IMG/VR virus record: IMGVR_UViG_3300036825_000059
Location: 1 to 46,963 of that record
Source of the DNA: a virus
Lineage: Duplodnaviria > Caudoviricetes
Reading direction: 5' to 3' (one strand)
Length of the DNA: 46,963 bases
The notes under the pieces are model-generated. The model saw only the letters and a program-made list of their open reading frames with translations, was not told where the DNA came from and ran no database searches. The first letter of the stretch is position 1. The number at the start of each line of letters is the position of its first letter. The translations under genes and the position numbers were made by a program. Shown here in pieces: positions 1 to 8,307 of this stretch.

Positions 1-227
1 GTTTGATGAACTACGTCCGGTCTCTGAGGCGTTGCGCAAGCATTCCGACCGGTTACGGATTGAGAGAAGTTTGACCGCCGGCAAGGTTATCTATTTGGGA
101 AATGATGGGTATTCTGATATTGGCGCCCTTCGCGCTGACATTTAACGAGGGAATGAAGAAATGACCAAAAAAAACGACGAGAGCCAGCAGGCAACACCCG
201 CCAGCCAACGCCGTCCAGGACGTGAAG
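1..227 (+). repeat. Terminal direct repeat, left copy
   Basis: Matches 46737-46963 except A100 vs G46836. Confidence 0.97.
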
Positions 228-457
228 CCGGGGTATTGATGCCCGGCTCGGTTGGCGCGCAGATCGCCGAACTTCAACCCGACGACTTTCTGATTTTTCT
301 CGATACGCCGAACCGCGCGCAGCAGCTGAACACGGCTATCCGGCGCTTCCAGAAGGTCCACAAGGGCGGCGAGTACGCCGTCCAGCTTTGCATTGGAAAC
401 ACGATCGACCTGACGACTTTGCCCTTCCGTTTCTACCGTCTGACGCGCACGGCCTGA
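161..457 (+). CDS. Hypothetical small protein, possibly DNA-binding
   Basis: Follows the LPD29 gene across the junction; purine-rich RBS; followed by a terminator. Confidence 0.65.
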   Translation: MTKKNDESQQATPASQRRPGREAGVLMPGSVGAQIAELQPDDFLIFLDTPNRAQQLNTAIRRFQKVHKGGEYAVQLCIGNTIDLTTLPFRFYRLTRTA

Positions 458-465
458 ACGCGTCG

Positions 466-496
466 AACGGGCGCCAAGCCGCGCCCGTTCTTTTTT
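466..496 (+). terminator. Intrinsic terminator
   Basis: AACGGGCGC-caagcc-GCGCCCGTT followed by CTTTTTT. Confidence 0.75.
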
Positions 497-505
497 CCCG
501 CCTAA

Positions 506-546
506 TCATATCATTGCATTTTCATATCATACGGTTTTCATATCAT
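506..546 (+). promoter_or_regulatory. Three TCATATCAT boxes at exact 16-bp period
   Basis: Copies at 506, 522 and 538, upstream of the early operon. Confidence 0.8.
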
Positions 547-655
547 TCTATTAGAGAGCTACGTCGGGCATATTTAATGATTTACTCGCGGTAACTCGTT
601 AATATGAACTTATTGGCGCGATACGAGACGCCGGAACGAACCAGCGGAGCAAGAC

Positions 656-856
656 ATGAACGAGTACCAACTGACAGTTTTCGACGCGCACGGCGCCGTC
701 CACTTCCGCACGGAATGGATGACGTACCAGGGACGCGCTGAAGTAATCGCGGTGCAGTTCGCGCGGTTGTACGGCGAAGGTCTGGTCGAGCTGGTCGAGC
801 GTCGCACTACCCGCAAGGGCGTTGCATACGAAACCCTGATTGCAGCCGAGGTCTGA
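656..856 (+). CDS. Hypothetical early protein
   Basis: GGAG RBS; first of a tightly coupled ORF chain. Confidence 0.7.
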   Translation: MNEYQLTVFDAHGAVHFRTEWMTYQGRAEVIAVQFARLYGEGLVELVERRTTRKGVAYETLIAAEV

Positions 857-857
857 A

Positions 858-1106
858 ATGAGAGTTGCCGAATTGATGGAATTGCTTGAAGGCTTGCCCG
901 AGAACGCGGAAGTCCGGTTGGCCCAACAGCCTAACTGGCCGTTCGAGTACAGCATCGGCACGGTGGCGGCGATCGGTCCGGACGACTTCCAGGACGACGA
1001 CGAAGAAGCGGACGACGCGCCGCCCGAGGTCGTCGTCTACATCGGTGAAGGTCAGCAGCTTGGGTATCTGAGCGGAATCGCCCGCCGTGCGGTGGGCTGG
1101 AGATAA
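858..1106 (+). CDS. Small acidic phage/plasmid early protein
   Basis: MRVAELMELLEGLP..EVRLAQQPNWPFEYSI; ATG 1 nt after upstream stop. Confidence 0.75.
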   Translation: MRVAELMELLEGLPENAEVRLAQQPNWPFEYSIGTVAAIGPDDFQDDDEEADDAPPEVVVYIGEGQQLGYLSGIARRAVGWR

Positions 1107-1108
1107 GC

Positions 1109-1378
1109 ATGCGTTATCTGGTTACTGAGCGGCGCGGCTGGTGCGATGAAACCGGCGCGATCCGCGCACATGAGGTCGCTTACACGGTTCGCCCGTTCGA
1201 GGGCAAACGCCCGAAAGGGCGGGTCTATGAAAGCGGCGATATCTGGATTTTCGACGAGCTGTTGTACGAATCGGACCGGCCGCCCTTTGGCTGGGCGTTC
1301 CGGGTCGAGACGTGCCAGCACATCGTTGGCTGTGGAAAAGTGCCGGCCGACTGGCGGGCGATCGAGGAACGAGCATGA
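1109..1378 (+). CDS. Hypothetical protein
   Basis: Coupled to neighbours (ATGA overlap at 1375). Confidence 0.65.
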   Translation: MRYLVTERRGWCDETGAIRAHEVAYTVRPFEGKRPKGRVYESGDIWIFDELLYESDRPPFGWAFRVETCQHIVGCGKVPADWRAIEERA

Positions 1379-1743
1379 GAAAGCTGATTTTCGGCGTCGA
1401 GTCCGACCTGTACGTTGCTGGCCGGACTGAGGACGGATGCGATTACACGGCGGAACTCTATTTCGTCGTCGCAGAAGATGACAACGGGAACCGCTGGCGC
1501 CATCGCGACACGTTCGCCGGTTGCCGGGTCATGGACGACGAGGAAGGCGAGCGGCATTTCGTCGACGTGCGCGCATCGGCCGAGGCGTCCGCGCAACGGC
1601 TCGCGCTCGCGAGCGAACGCGCCGCCAGCACGATCGACCTGGCCGAATGGGTCGAGCTGCGGCCGGTGTACGGGTCGGCCGCGTATGTCGCTTATGGCCA
1701 GTTCAATGATTGGGCCGAGGAACATATCGAGCGGGGCTATTGA
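1375..1743 (+). CDS. Hypothetical acidic phage protein
   Basis: Start MRKLIFG overlaps upstream stop; GAGG RBS; RPVYGSAAY motif. Confidence 0.7.
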   Translation: MRKLIFGVESDLYVAGRTEDGCDYTAELYFVVAEDDNGNRWRHRDTFAGCRVMDDEEGERHFVDVRASAEASAQRLALASERAASTIDLAEWVELRPVYGSAAYVAYGQFNDWAEEHIERGY

Positions 1744-1976
1744 TGACCGTCGACGAGCTTTATACGATCCTGGGCAATCTCCCGCGCGGCATGCGGATAA
1801 ACATCGTCACGCCGGGCAGCGGCCGCCGGTCGCGCTCGCATGCGCTGGGCGCGGTCTGGATCGACGAGGAAGGCGAGGCCGCGGACGAAGCGTATGGCGT
1901 GCTGTACATCGGCGCCGGCCGCGCCCTGGGCGTGGTGCCGGAAGAAGCGGAGCCCGTCTTTGCGGCCCCTGTTTAA
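1743..1976 (+). CDS. Small acidic protein, apparent paralog of 858-1106
   Basis: MTVDELYTILGNLP..VLYIGAGRALG; TGATG overlap. Confidence 0.7.
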   Translation: MTVDELYTILGNLPRGMRINIVTPGSGRRSRSHALGAVWIDEEGEAADEAYGVLYIGAGRALGVVPEEAEPVFAAPV

Positions 1977-1998
1977 TATCATTACTTTTTAATATCAT
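1974..1998 (+). promoter_or_regulatory. Two TAATATCAT boxes, 16-bp period, directly upstream of klcA
   Basis: Copies at 1974 and 1990. Confidence 0.7.
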
Positions 1999-2005
1999 AC
2001 ATTTT

Positions 2006-2434
2006 ATGGACCAGACTACCGTTACAGCAACGCGGGTCCCCGGCGCGCAACGGCTCGCCTTCCTGCCCGCGCAGTTTGGCGCGCGCTACATCATCAGCGG
2101 CGAAGCCTATTTTTATCATTGGGCGCGATCGTTGTCCGTCAGTTATGACGGTGGCCAGTGGGAGTTTTACACGCTGAGCAACGAGGGGTTTTTCGTCGCG
2201 CCGCGCGCACCGGCCCGCCTGCTGGTCGAGGTCCGGGGCAACGGCTACCGGGGCGAAATGTCGGCCGAGGCGTTCGGCGTCGTCGTTACGCTGTTCGTTG
2301 TCGGCGGGCTCGCTAACAGCACGGTCGAGACCGACGAGGCCGCCTGCGAGCGTTTCAGTAACCAGCATCACGCGCTGATTGAATTCGCTCGCGGACATGC
2401 CGAACAAGAGGCGATTTTCGCCGCGATCGACTAA
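2006..2434 (+). CDS. klcA: Antirestriction protein, KlcA/ArdB family
   Basis: RLAFLPAQFG..YDGGQWEFYTLSNEGFFVAP..GNGYRGEMSAEAFGVVVTLF..AIFAAID are ArdB/KlcA hallmarks; real start inside track ORF 1415..2434. Confidence 0.88.
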   Translation: MDQTTVTATRVPGAQRLAFLPAQFGARYIISGEAYFYHWARSLSVSYDGGQWEFYTLSNEGFFVAPRAPARLLVEVRGNGYRGEMSAEAFGVVVTLFVVGGLANSTVETDEAACERFSNQHHALIEFARGHAEQEAIFAAID

Positions 2435-2449
2435 CGGAAAGAGGGAGCC

Positions 2450-2728
2450 ATGAAAACCCGGATGCAGTTTTGCCCCGTCTGCCAGAAACAGACGCCCCAC
2501 TCGTATAAGCCCATTTCGTGGATCGTTGCGATTATCCTGCTGCTGTTGTGGCTGATACCCGGCCTGCTGTATATCTGGTTCGCCGTGCGTCGCGCCGATC
2601 GGACCGCGCAATGCACGGTCGACCACGAAGCGCTGCGCGCTGCGCGCGAGAACGATCGCATGCTTGACCTGGTGCGGGCCATGCACGTCGCGAACAGCGC
2701 AAGCCAGATTAACCGGCCGGTCGAATGA
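2450..2728 (+). CDS. Membrane-anchored zinc-ribbon protein
   Basis: CPVC, hydrophobic WIVAIILLLLWLIPGLLYIWF, distal CTVD; GGGAG RBS. Confidence 0.7.
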   Translation: MKTRMQFCPVCQKQTPHSYKPISWIVAIILLLLWLIPGLLYIWFAVRRADRTAQCTVDHEALRAARENDRMLDLVRAMHVANSASQINRPVE

Positions 2729-2891
2729 CGGTTTGTCCGTCCGCGATCGGGCCATAGCGCAGCGTTAGCAGCTCGTCGCATGCGCGCGTGGCGCGTTCTT
2801 TCGCGGCGCCATCGTCCAGCGTCCCGACCAGGGCGGAAACGGCGTCTATCGCGGCCTTGTACGCGGCGCGCTGTTCTTTCGAGTGTTTCAC
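2709..2891 (-). CDS. Hypothetical protein
   Basis: Short ORF downstream in the rep-direction cluster. Confidence 0.45.
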   Translation of the reverse strand: MKHSKEQRAAYKAAIDAVSALVGTLDDGAAKERATRACDELLTLRYGPIADGQTVIRPAG

Positions 2892-2971
2892 GTGGTTCGT
2901 CCGGTTATTGATCGAACGTCCACCGTAGGCGGCCGGCGCGATCGCGTCGATAGGTCAAATCCGAGAAACGC

Positions 2972-3292
2972 CTAGCGATGGCTGATACGGGTCATCGCGC
3001 CGCAATGCTCGCACTTCGTGCGCGAGCGGTCATTGAGCCGCGCGAGCTCGTCCTGGTACCGGGCGTGCAGTTCGTGGAAACGGCTTTCCGACAGCGCGAG
3101 TTGGTTCAGCACCCATATCGGATTAAGCGGCGCCTTGCATGCGGCGCACGTGACCTGCGCGAGCCGTTCGTCGACGATGTAGCCGTGCCGATGCCAGCAC
3201 CCGCCCGGCGAGACCAGGCTGAGCTCGCGACGCGGCCCGAGCTCGCGCCTGCGTTTGATCGGCAATTCGTGGATTTTGTCGTCGTCGCTCAT
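2972..3292 (-). CDS. Cys-rich zinc-binding phage protein
   Basis: CWH..VTCAAC..LNP..RSRTKCEHCG; start MSDDDK with GGAG RBS right after the rep stop. Confidence 0.75.
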   Translation of the reverse strand: MSDDDKIHELPIKRRRELGPRRELSLVSPGGCWHRHGYIVDERLAQVTCAACKAPLNPIWVLNQLALSESRFHELHARYQDELARLNDRSRTKCEHCGAMTRISHR

Positions 3293-3309
3293 TGCGGCAT
3301 TCTCCCGCT

Positions 3310-4332
3310 TCAGGTCACTCCGAAACGCGCGCGCAGCCCGGCCGACAGGTCCGTCAGGCCGGCGCGTAACTTTTCGCGGGTCGTCGTCGACGGCGGGGGC
3401 GCCGCCGGCAGCGCGGCCGGGACATGGCTTTGATGCACGCCGCCAGTCTCGCACGACGCGCGCCGTGCGCCCCGCGCGCCGCGTGTGCCGCCTATGCCAA
3501 GGTCGGCTTTGGCAAGCCGTTCCAGCTCGTTCCAGCGCGCAATGAGCCGCGCGAGCTGGCCACCGTAACCGCGGGCGCGAGCATGCGCGAGAACGCGGCC
3601 GATGAAAGCGGCGACTTTTGGCCGTTGTCCCTGACAGATGCTAACGACCCGCGCCTTGATTGCGCGGAAGCGGACATTGCCGGCGCGATCGAGCGAGCCG
3701 ACCAGCGGGACGCCTTCACGTTTTCGCGCATCGTCGAATAACGGCCACAGCTCGCTAACGTCGACGGTTTGAGGGGTCTCTGTCTCAACGGCGGGTTTTA
3801 AAGAAAGGTTCTCAGGTTTTATAAAACCCACGCGCGTATACAAAGGCGGGACGCCGGGATTCGCTGGAAAGCCTTTGCTGTCGCGGGTTTGCGGGCCTTT
3901 CGGTGGCGGCGGAAAATTTTTATCAGGGGGAGACGATGAAAAATTTTCCGCGACGATCGCGGTTACTTCGTCGTGTTCGGCCGCGTAGGTCATCGCCATG
4001 TAACGGCTGGCGCCGTAACGTTCCATGCGCTCCTCAGGCGTCGACGCGGGCGGGCGTCCCGCCGCCAGGTCGGTGAGGACATGCAACGCTATTCCCCATG
4101 AATACGGATTGAATGCAGCCAGGCTAAACGCCAATTGCGACAAGGCTGCCGCGTTGTTCATTTCATATCTTTTTGATATCATTTCATTGTCCTGTTGGTT
4201 TGTCCTGGCAGGGCGTGCGAAGGCCCCTCGACGCTTTGCATCAGGTGTCGCCGGCGCTGGTAACGCCGGGGTGGGTTTTGGTTCAGCCGTCTCTCTCTCT
4301 GCAGTTCCGATGCACGCGGCCGCCCGGTTCAA
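3310..4332 (-). CDS. Putative replication initiator (true start may be 4161-4182)
   Basis: Two domains joined by a Pro-rich linker encoded by AT-rich inverted repeats; divergent from recombination genes; long structured leader; no other Rep candidate; family not recognised. Confidence 0.5.
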   Translation of the reverse strand: MNRAAACIGTAERETAEPKPTPALPAPATPDAKRRGAFARPARTNQQDNEMISKRYEMNNAAALSQLAFSLAAFNPYSWGIALHVLTDLAAGRPPASTPEERMERYGASRYMAMTYAAEHDEVTAIVAENFSSSPPDKNFPPPPKGPQTRDSKGFPANPGVPPLYTRVGFIKPENLSLKPAVETETPQTVDVSELWPLFDDARKREGVPLVGSLDRAGNVRFRAIKARVVSICQGQRPKVAAFIGRVLAHARARGYGGQLARLIARWNELERLAKADLGIGGTRGARGARRASCETGGVHQSHVPAALPAAPPPSTTTREKLRAGLTDLSAGLRARFGVT

Positions 4333-4395
4333 GCCGGGCGTTCGTGTTTTAGAACAACGTTGTTCGTTTCTCCTTTTGCTGTACTTGGTCGACGC

Positions 4396-4424
4396 TTGAC
4401 AAAAGAGCGGGCATCAACGATATT
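4396..4424 (+). promoter_or_regulatory. Putative sigma70 promoter facing away from rep
   Basis: TTGACA-17bp-GATATT. Confidence 0.45.
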
Positions 4425-4543
4425 TCGGTCCATCTTTTGGCTCGACCAAAAGAAAAGGCGGGCTGAGCTGGTCCCTCCGGAGTTTCACCGGATTTTTTTG
4501 GAGCTCAGTTTTCCCTTTTGGCCTGGCAGCCTTTGCAGCATCC

Positions 4544-4582
4544 AAAGCCCTGAACGTTTCCAGCGTTCGGGGCTTTTTCATT
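4544..4582 (+). terminator. Intrinsic terminator / hairpin in rep leader
   Basis: AAAGCCCTGAACG..CGTTCGGGGCTTT followed by TTCATTT. Confidence 0.7.
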
Positions 4583-5006
4583 TCCGGCGTCGATCGCGCA
4601 AGGCGGCCGCCGCTGAAAAAAATTTGACAGGATTCTAGCCTGGAATCACTCCCGGGCAGAAGTTTTTACGGATCGGACCCTTTCGACCAGTCCTGACACA
4701 CGCCAGAACGCGCCAAAACGCGCCAGAAACGTCCCGAGCGACCGGGCGCGACGTGCAGCCCTGGCTGCGGCCATCGCGCCCCCCAGACGTCGCCGTTCGC
4801 CTCTCCCTGAGGTGTACATTCGCCCGATGAACGGGTTTCAGGTTTTTGATTCTAGGCGAAACGTCGACCGAATCCCAATAAACGACTCCACCGCGATCGG
4901 TAATTGATTTCTTCGCAGCGACGCCTAGACTCGAAGACTGCGGGCGGCAATGCCCGCTACGCTTGGGAGACAGGCGAATTGGGAACACTTCGGAGCCCGA
5001 CACGAC

Positions 5007-5231
5007 ATGAACGACTCGCAGACGGACAAACCGCCCCGCGCAACTAACCGTCAGGGGTCGGCCGTCTCGCCCCATGCCGGCGCCTTCGTCGCCGGCCACC
5101 GCGCCGCCATCGAATGGGCGCTGAGCGTATCGCGTGATCCGGCCCGGCGCCTGGCGATCGCGCGGCGCATCGCCCGCGAGACGAGCATCGCATCCAACCC
5201 CCGACACGCCAACCAGACGAGGCTCAACTAA
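5007..5231 (+). CDS. Hypothetical basic protein
   Basis: ORF upstream of the bet operon with GGAG upstream. Confidence 0.45.
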   Translation: MNDSQTDKPPRATNRQGSAVSPHAGAFVAGHRAAIEWALSVSRDPARRLAIARRIARETSIASNPRHANQTRLN

Positions 5232-5258
5232 CGCCCGCTGCGCCGCGTCAGCGCTCAA

Positions 5259-5288
5259 TACTATCATTGCAAATTGATATGATATGAT
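5259..5288 (+). promoter_or_regulatory. TACTATCAT / TGATATGAT boxes (16-bp period) upstream of bet
   Basis: Core TATCATTGCAAATTGATATGAT is identical to that in 46214-46238. Confidence 0.75.
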
Positions 5289-5339
5289 TAGCCGTCCCGC
5301 CAATACCAGCGGGCGTTTCGGACTTTTGAGAGAGTGAAA

Positions 5340-6509
5340 ATGAGCGAAGAAAAACAGTCGTCGCTGCGTGGTCGGTTCGCCGAACGCTACGGCATCGAAA
5401 GCAATGAAGTATTCGATATCCTGAAAAAAACGGCCTTCAAGGTGAAAGACGGCGAAGTGTCGGACGCGCAATTAACCGCGCTGCTGATCGTCGCGGATCA
5501 ATACAAGCTGAACCCGTTCACCAAAGAGCTGTACGCGTATCCGGACAAACAGAACGGGATTGTCCCGGTCGTCTCGGTCGACGGCTGGACCCGGATCATC
5601 AATGAGCATCCGGGCTTCGACGGCCTGGAATTCGGCTACTCGGACACGATGGTTCCGCGCGCCGAATTTCTCGGGCTGAAAAAGGCGCTGCATGAATGGA
5701 CCGAGTGCATCATCTACCGCAAAGACCGGTCGCATCCGATCATCGTGCGCGAGTACGCGGAGGAGTGCTATCGCGAGCCGTTCACTGGAAAGAGCCAGTA
5801 CAACAAGGGCGAGTCGTACACCGTCGACGGGCCGTGGCAATCGCACCCGCGCCGCATGCTGCGCCACAAGGCGCAAATCCAGTGCGCGCGGATCGCGTTC
5901 GGTTTCGCCGGCATCTATGACGAGGACGAAGCCGCCCGCATGATCGACATGGGCGCGGCCGACGAGGTTCAGGGCGCCGGCCGCTCGCCGGACTTCATGC
6001 CGCGCGCACTGGCGGACGACCCAAGCCCGACCGCGAACTTTACCGGCGCCGCCGCGCGCGAGGCCGAACCCGTCCAGCAGGCGCAAGCCAAACAATCGAC
6101 CGCGCAGAGCACGAAGCGCGAGCGTCAGGTCGACGGCGGCGCCGACTTCACGGCCGCGCCCAATCGTTTCGACCGCACCGCCGAGCCGGCCGCCAAAACG
6201 CAACCGGCGCGCAAGACGACCGCCGCGCGATCGACCAAGGCCACGCCAGCGGACGCGCCTGAGCCGGCCGCCGCCGGCGCCGTCGCGCAAGGCGCGATGT
6301 TCGAGGAGTCGCCGCCGCCCGATGCGATGCCCGCGGACGCGGCCGCCGTCTCGCAGATCATTCCCGAAAACATGGCGCGCATTCTCGGCCGCAAGATGGA
6401 AATTGCGGGCAAGACAGACGTCGACCTTAAAGCGAAGTTCGGCGTAACACTGGCCACGGTCACCAAAGCGATGTTCGCGGACGTGCAGAAGTGGGTAACG
6501 GGCGAATGA
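5340..6509 (+). CDS. bet: Phage recombination protein Bet (Red-beta/RecT family)
   Basis: LLIVADQYKLNPFTKELYAYPDKQNGIVPVVSVDGWTRIINEHP..GPWQSHPRRMLRHKAQIQCARIAFGFAGIYDEDEA. Confidence 0.93.
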   Translation: MSEEKQSSLRGRFAERYGIESNEVFDILKKTAFKVKDGEVSDAQLTALLIVADQYKLNPFTKELYAYPDKQNGIVPVVSVDGWTRIINEHPGFDGLEFGYSDTMVPRAEFLGLKKALHEWTECIIYRKDRSHPIIVREYAEECYREPFTGKSQYNKGESYTVDGPWQSHPRRMLRHKAQIQCARIAFGFAGIYDEDEAARMIDMGAADEVQGAGRSPDFMPRALADDPSPTANFTGAAAREAEPVQQAQAKQSTAQSTKRERQVDGGADFTAAPNRFDRTAEPAAKTQPARKTTAARSTKATPADAPEPAAAGAVAQGAMFEESPPPDAMPADAAAVSQIIPENMARILGRKMEIAGKTDVDLKAKFGVTLATVTKAMFADVQKWVTGE

Positions 6510-7153
6510 ACGCGCGCTACCCGCTTACTGGCTCGCTGCATTTCGATCCGGTCGCGCATCGCTACACCGTCGACGGCGAGCACGTCCCGAACGTGACTTC
6601 CGTGCTCGCGCCGCTGTCCGCGTACTCCACCGCCATCCCGGCGGCGGTGCTGGCGAACAAGGCGGCGATCGGCCAGGCGGTGCATCGCGCGGCCGAACTG
6701 TTCAACGATGGACAGCTCGACTGGTCGAGCCTGCATGAGGTCATCCGGCCTTACGTCGACGCTTACGCCCGCTTCCGGGACGAACGTTCATTCGATCCGC
6801 TGCTGACCGAGGCGCGCGTATGGCATCCCATGCTGCGCTTTGCCGGGACGCTCGACTCGCTGGGCTGGCTCGCGGGTGAACCCGCGCTGGTCGACCTGAA
6901 AGCGACCGTCGACCTCATGCCGACAGTCGGACCGCAGACGGCCGCCTATCGCGAAGCGACGATCGCGGACCCCGAGCTGTCCGACGAGCTCCAGGAGGTC
7001 GCGCGCCGCGCGCGCCGCTGGTGTCTCCAGCTTGGCAGCGATGGCACATACAAGCTGACGCCCTGCGACGATCCGAACGACTGGCGCGTGTTTCTGAGCG
7101 CCCTCACGATTCATACATTCAAAGCTAAACATGCAAAACACTACCAACACTGA
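6506..7153 (+). CDS. PD-(D/E)XK exonuclease, partner of Bet
   Basis: FDPVAHRY..PNVTSVL..GQAVH..FAGTLD..LVDLK..QTAAY; ATGA overlap with bet. Confidence 0.85.
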   Translation: MNARYPLTGSLHFDPVAHRYTVDGEHVPNVTSVLAPLSAYSTAIPAAVLANKAAIGQAVHRAAELFNDGQLDWSSLHEVIRPYVDAYARFRDERSFDPLLTEARVWHPMLRFAGTLDSLGWLAGEPALVDLKATVDLMPTVGPQTAAYREATIADPELSDELQEVARRARRWCLQLGSDGTYKLTPCDDPNDWRVFLSALTIHTFKAKHAKHYQH

Positions 7154-7847
7154 CGCGGCCGCGCTCGCGATCGTGCTCCCGAAAGAGAACGACAAACAGT
7201 TTACGACCGCGATGCAGGCCGCCTCCCTTGCGACCGAATACATCATTGATTCTCAGGATATGTACGAACTGGGCGCGGTCGAGCTGGGCGAATTCAAGCG
7301 CATTGCAACCGAACTCGAGGAGCGCCGCCGGTTTCTGGTCGACCCGATCCAGCAGGGGATAGACAACATTAACGCGATGTTCCGCCCGGTACGCGAGCGC
7401 ATCCAGGCCGCCGACAAGGAATTGCGCGCGCGCATGCTGGAGTGGAAGAACAAGGAAACGGCGCGCATCGCGGCCGAGAACGCCCAGCGCGAAGCGGCCG
7501 CACGTGAAGCACGCCAGCGCATGGAACGCGAAGCGGCTGAGGCCGCGACCGCCGGACGCGAGGAAGAAGCGTTCGCGATGCGCCAGGCGGCCGAGGTCAT
7601 GAGTGCGCCGGTACGCGCCGCGGTCATTCCAAAATCGGCCGGCGTCAGCACGCGATCGAACTGGAAAGCGATGGTGACCGACCTTCAGCAGCTCGTCGCA
7701 TTCGTCGCCGCGAATCCCGAGCATCTGAACCTGCTGCAGGCGAACCAGACGGCGATTACGGCCCTCGCGAAGGCTCAGAAACAGGGCATGAAAGTGCCCG
7801 GCGTAAAGGCGTGGAACGATGCCGGCATTGCAGTTCGGTCACGGTAG
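7131..7847 (+). CDS. Coiled-coil phage protein of the recombination operon
   Basis: Ala/Glu/Arg-rich helix; C-terminal GVSTRSNW..KVPGVKAW. Confidence 0.7.
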   Translation: MQNTTNTDAAALAIVLPKENDKQFTTAMQAASLATEYIIDSQDMYELGAVELGEFKRIATELEERRRFLVDPIQQGIDNINAMFRPVRERIQAADKELRARMLEWKNKETARIAAENAQREAAAREARQRMEREAAEAATAGREEEAFAMRQAAEVMSAPVRAAVIPKSAGVSTRSNWKAMVTDLQQLVAFVAANPEHLNLLQANQTAITALAKAQKQGMKVPGVKAWNDAGIAVRSR

Positions 7848-8307
7848 GCGCAATCGCGCCATCGCACGCGTGCACTGCCCGTATTGCGGCGCGCGTGCGG
7901 TGCTCGTCGATTCGGCCGAGGTCTACAACGGGCGCAGCTACGGAAAAATCTGGCTGTGCCGGCCGTGCGCGGCGTGGGTCGGCGTACATGCCGGCTCGCC
8001 CACGTTCCAGCCGCTTGGCCGGTTGGCCAACGCCGCGTTGAGGGTCGCGAAAATGCAGGCCCACGCCGCCTTTGATCCGTTCTGGAAGTTACCGCCAAAC
8101 GCCGCTCAACCGGGCGCGCGCAAACGCGCTTACGCGTGGCTTGCGGCCGAAATGGGTCTCACGGCGAAACAGACCCATATCGGCGCCTTCGACGAGGAGC
8201 AATGCGCGCGCGTCGTCGAGCTGTGCAACGCCGCGCGCGAATCCAGTCCGACATTTTCATTTCATCAGGGGATGCACGATGGACAAGGATCATCCGAACC
8301 GGCATAA
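7819..8307 (+). CDS. DUF3268-like zinc-finger protein
   Basis: CPYCG..IWLCRPCAAWVGVH..PLGRLANAALR..AHAAFDPFW..AYAWLA..THIGAFD; start uncertain. Confidence 0.82.
   Translation: MPALQFGHGRRNRAIARVHCPYCGARAVLVDSAEVYNGRSYGKIWLCRPCAAWVGVHAGSPTFQPLGRLANAALRVAKMQAHAAFDPFWKLPPNAAQPGARKRAYAWLAAEMGLTAKQTHIGAFDEEQCARVVELCNAARESSPTFSFHQGMHDGQGSSEPA

Noticed and set aside
4163-4182. TCATATCTT / TGATATCAT boxes near the probable rep start
   Set aside because: Spacing is 11 bp, not 16; not counted among the seven arrays, though it may be a weak site
4435-4451. TTTTGGCTCGACCAAAA resembles, from memory, a Burkholderia plasmid parS palindrome
   Set aside because: One base short, single copy, and the par system here is type Ib without an HTH ParB; better explained as an RNA hairpin
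6506-7153. Cas4-like nuclease suggesting CRISPR
   Set aside because: No repeat-spacer array or other cas genes; context is a Bet/Exo pair
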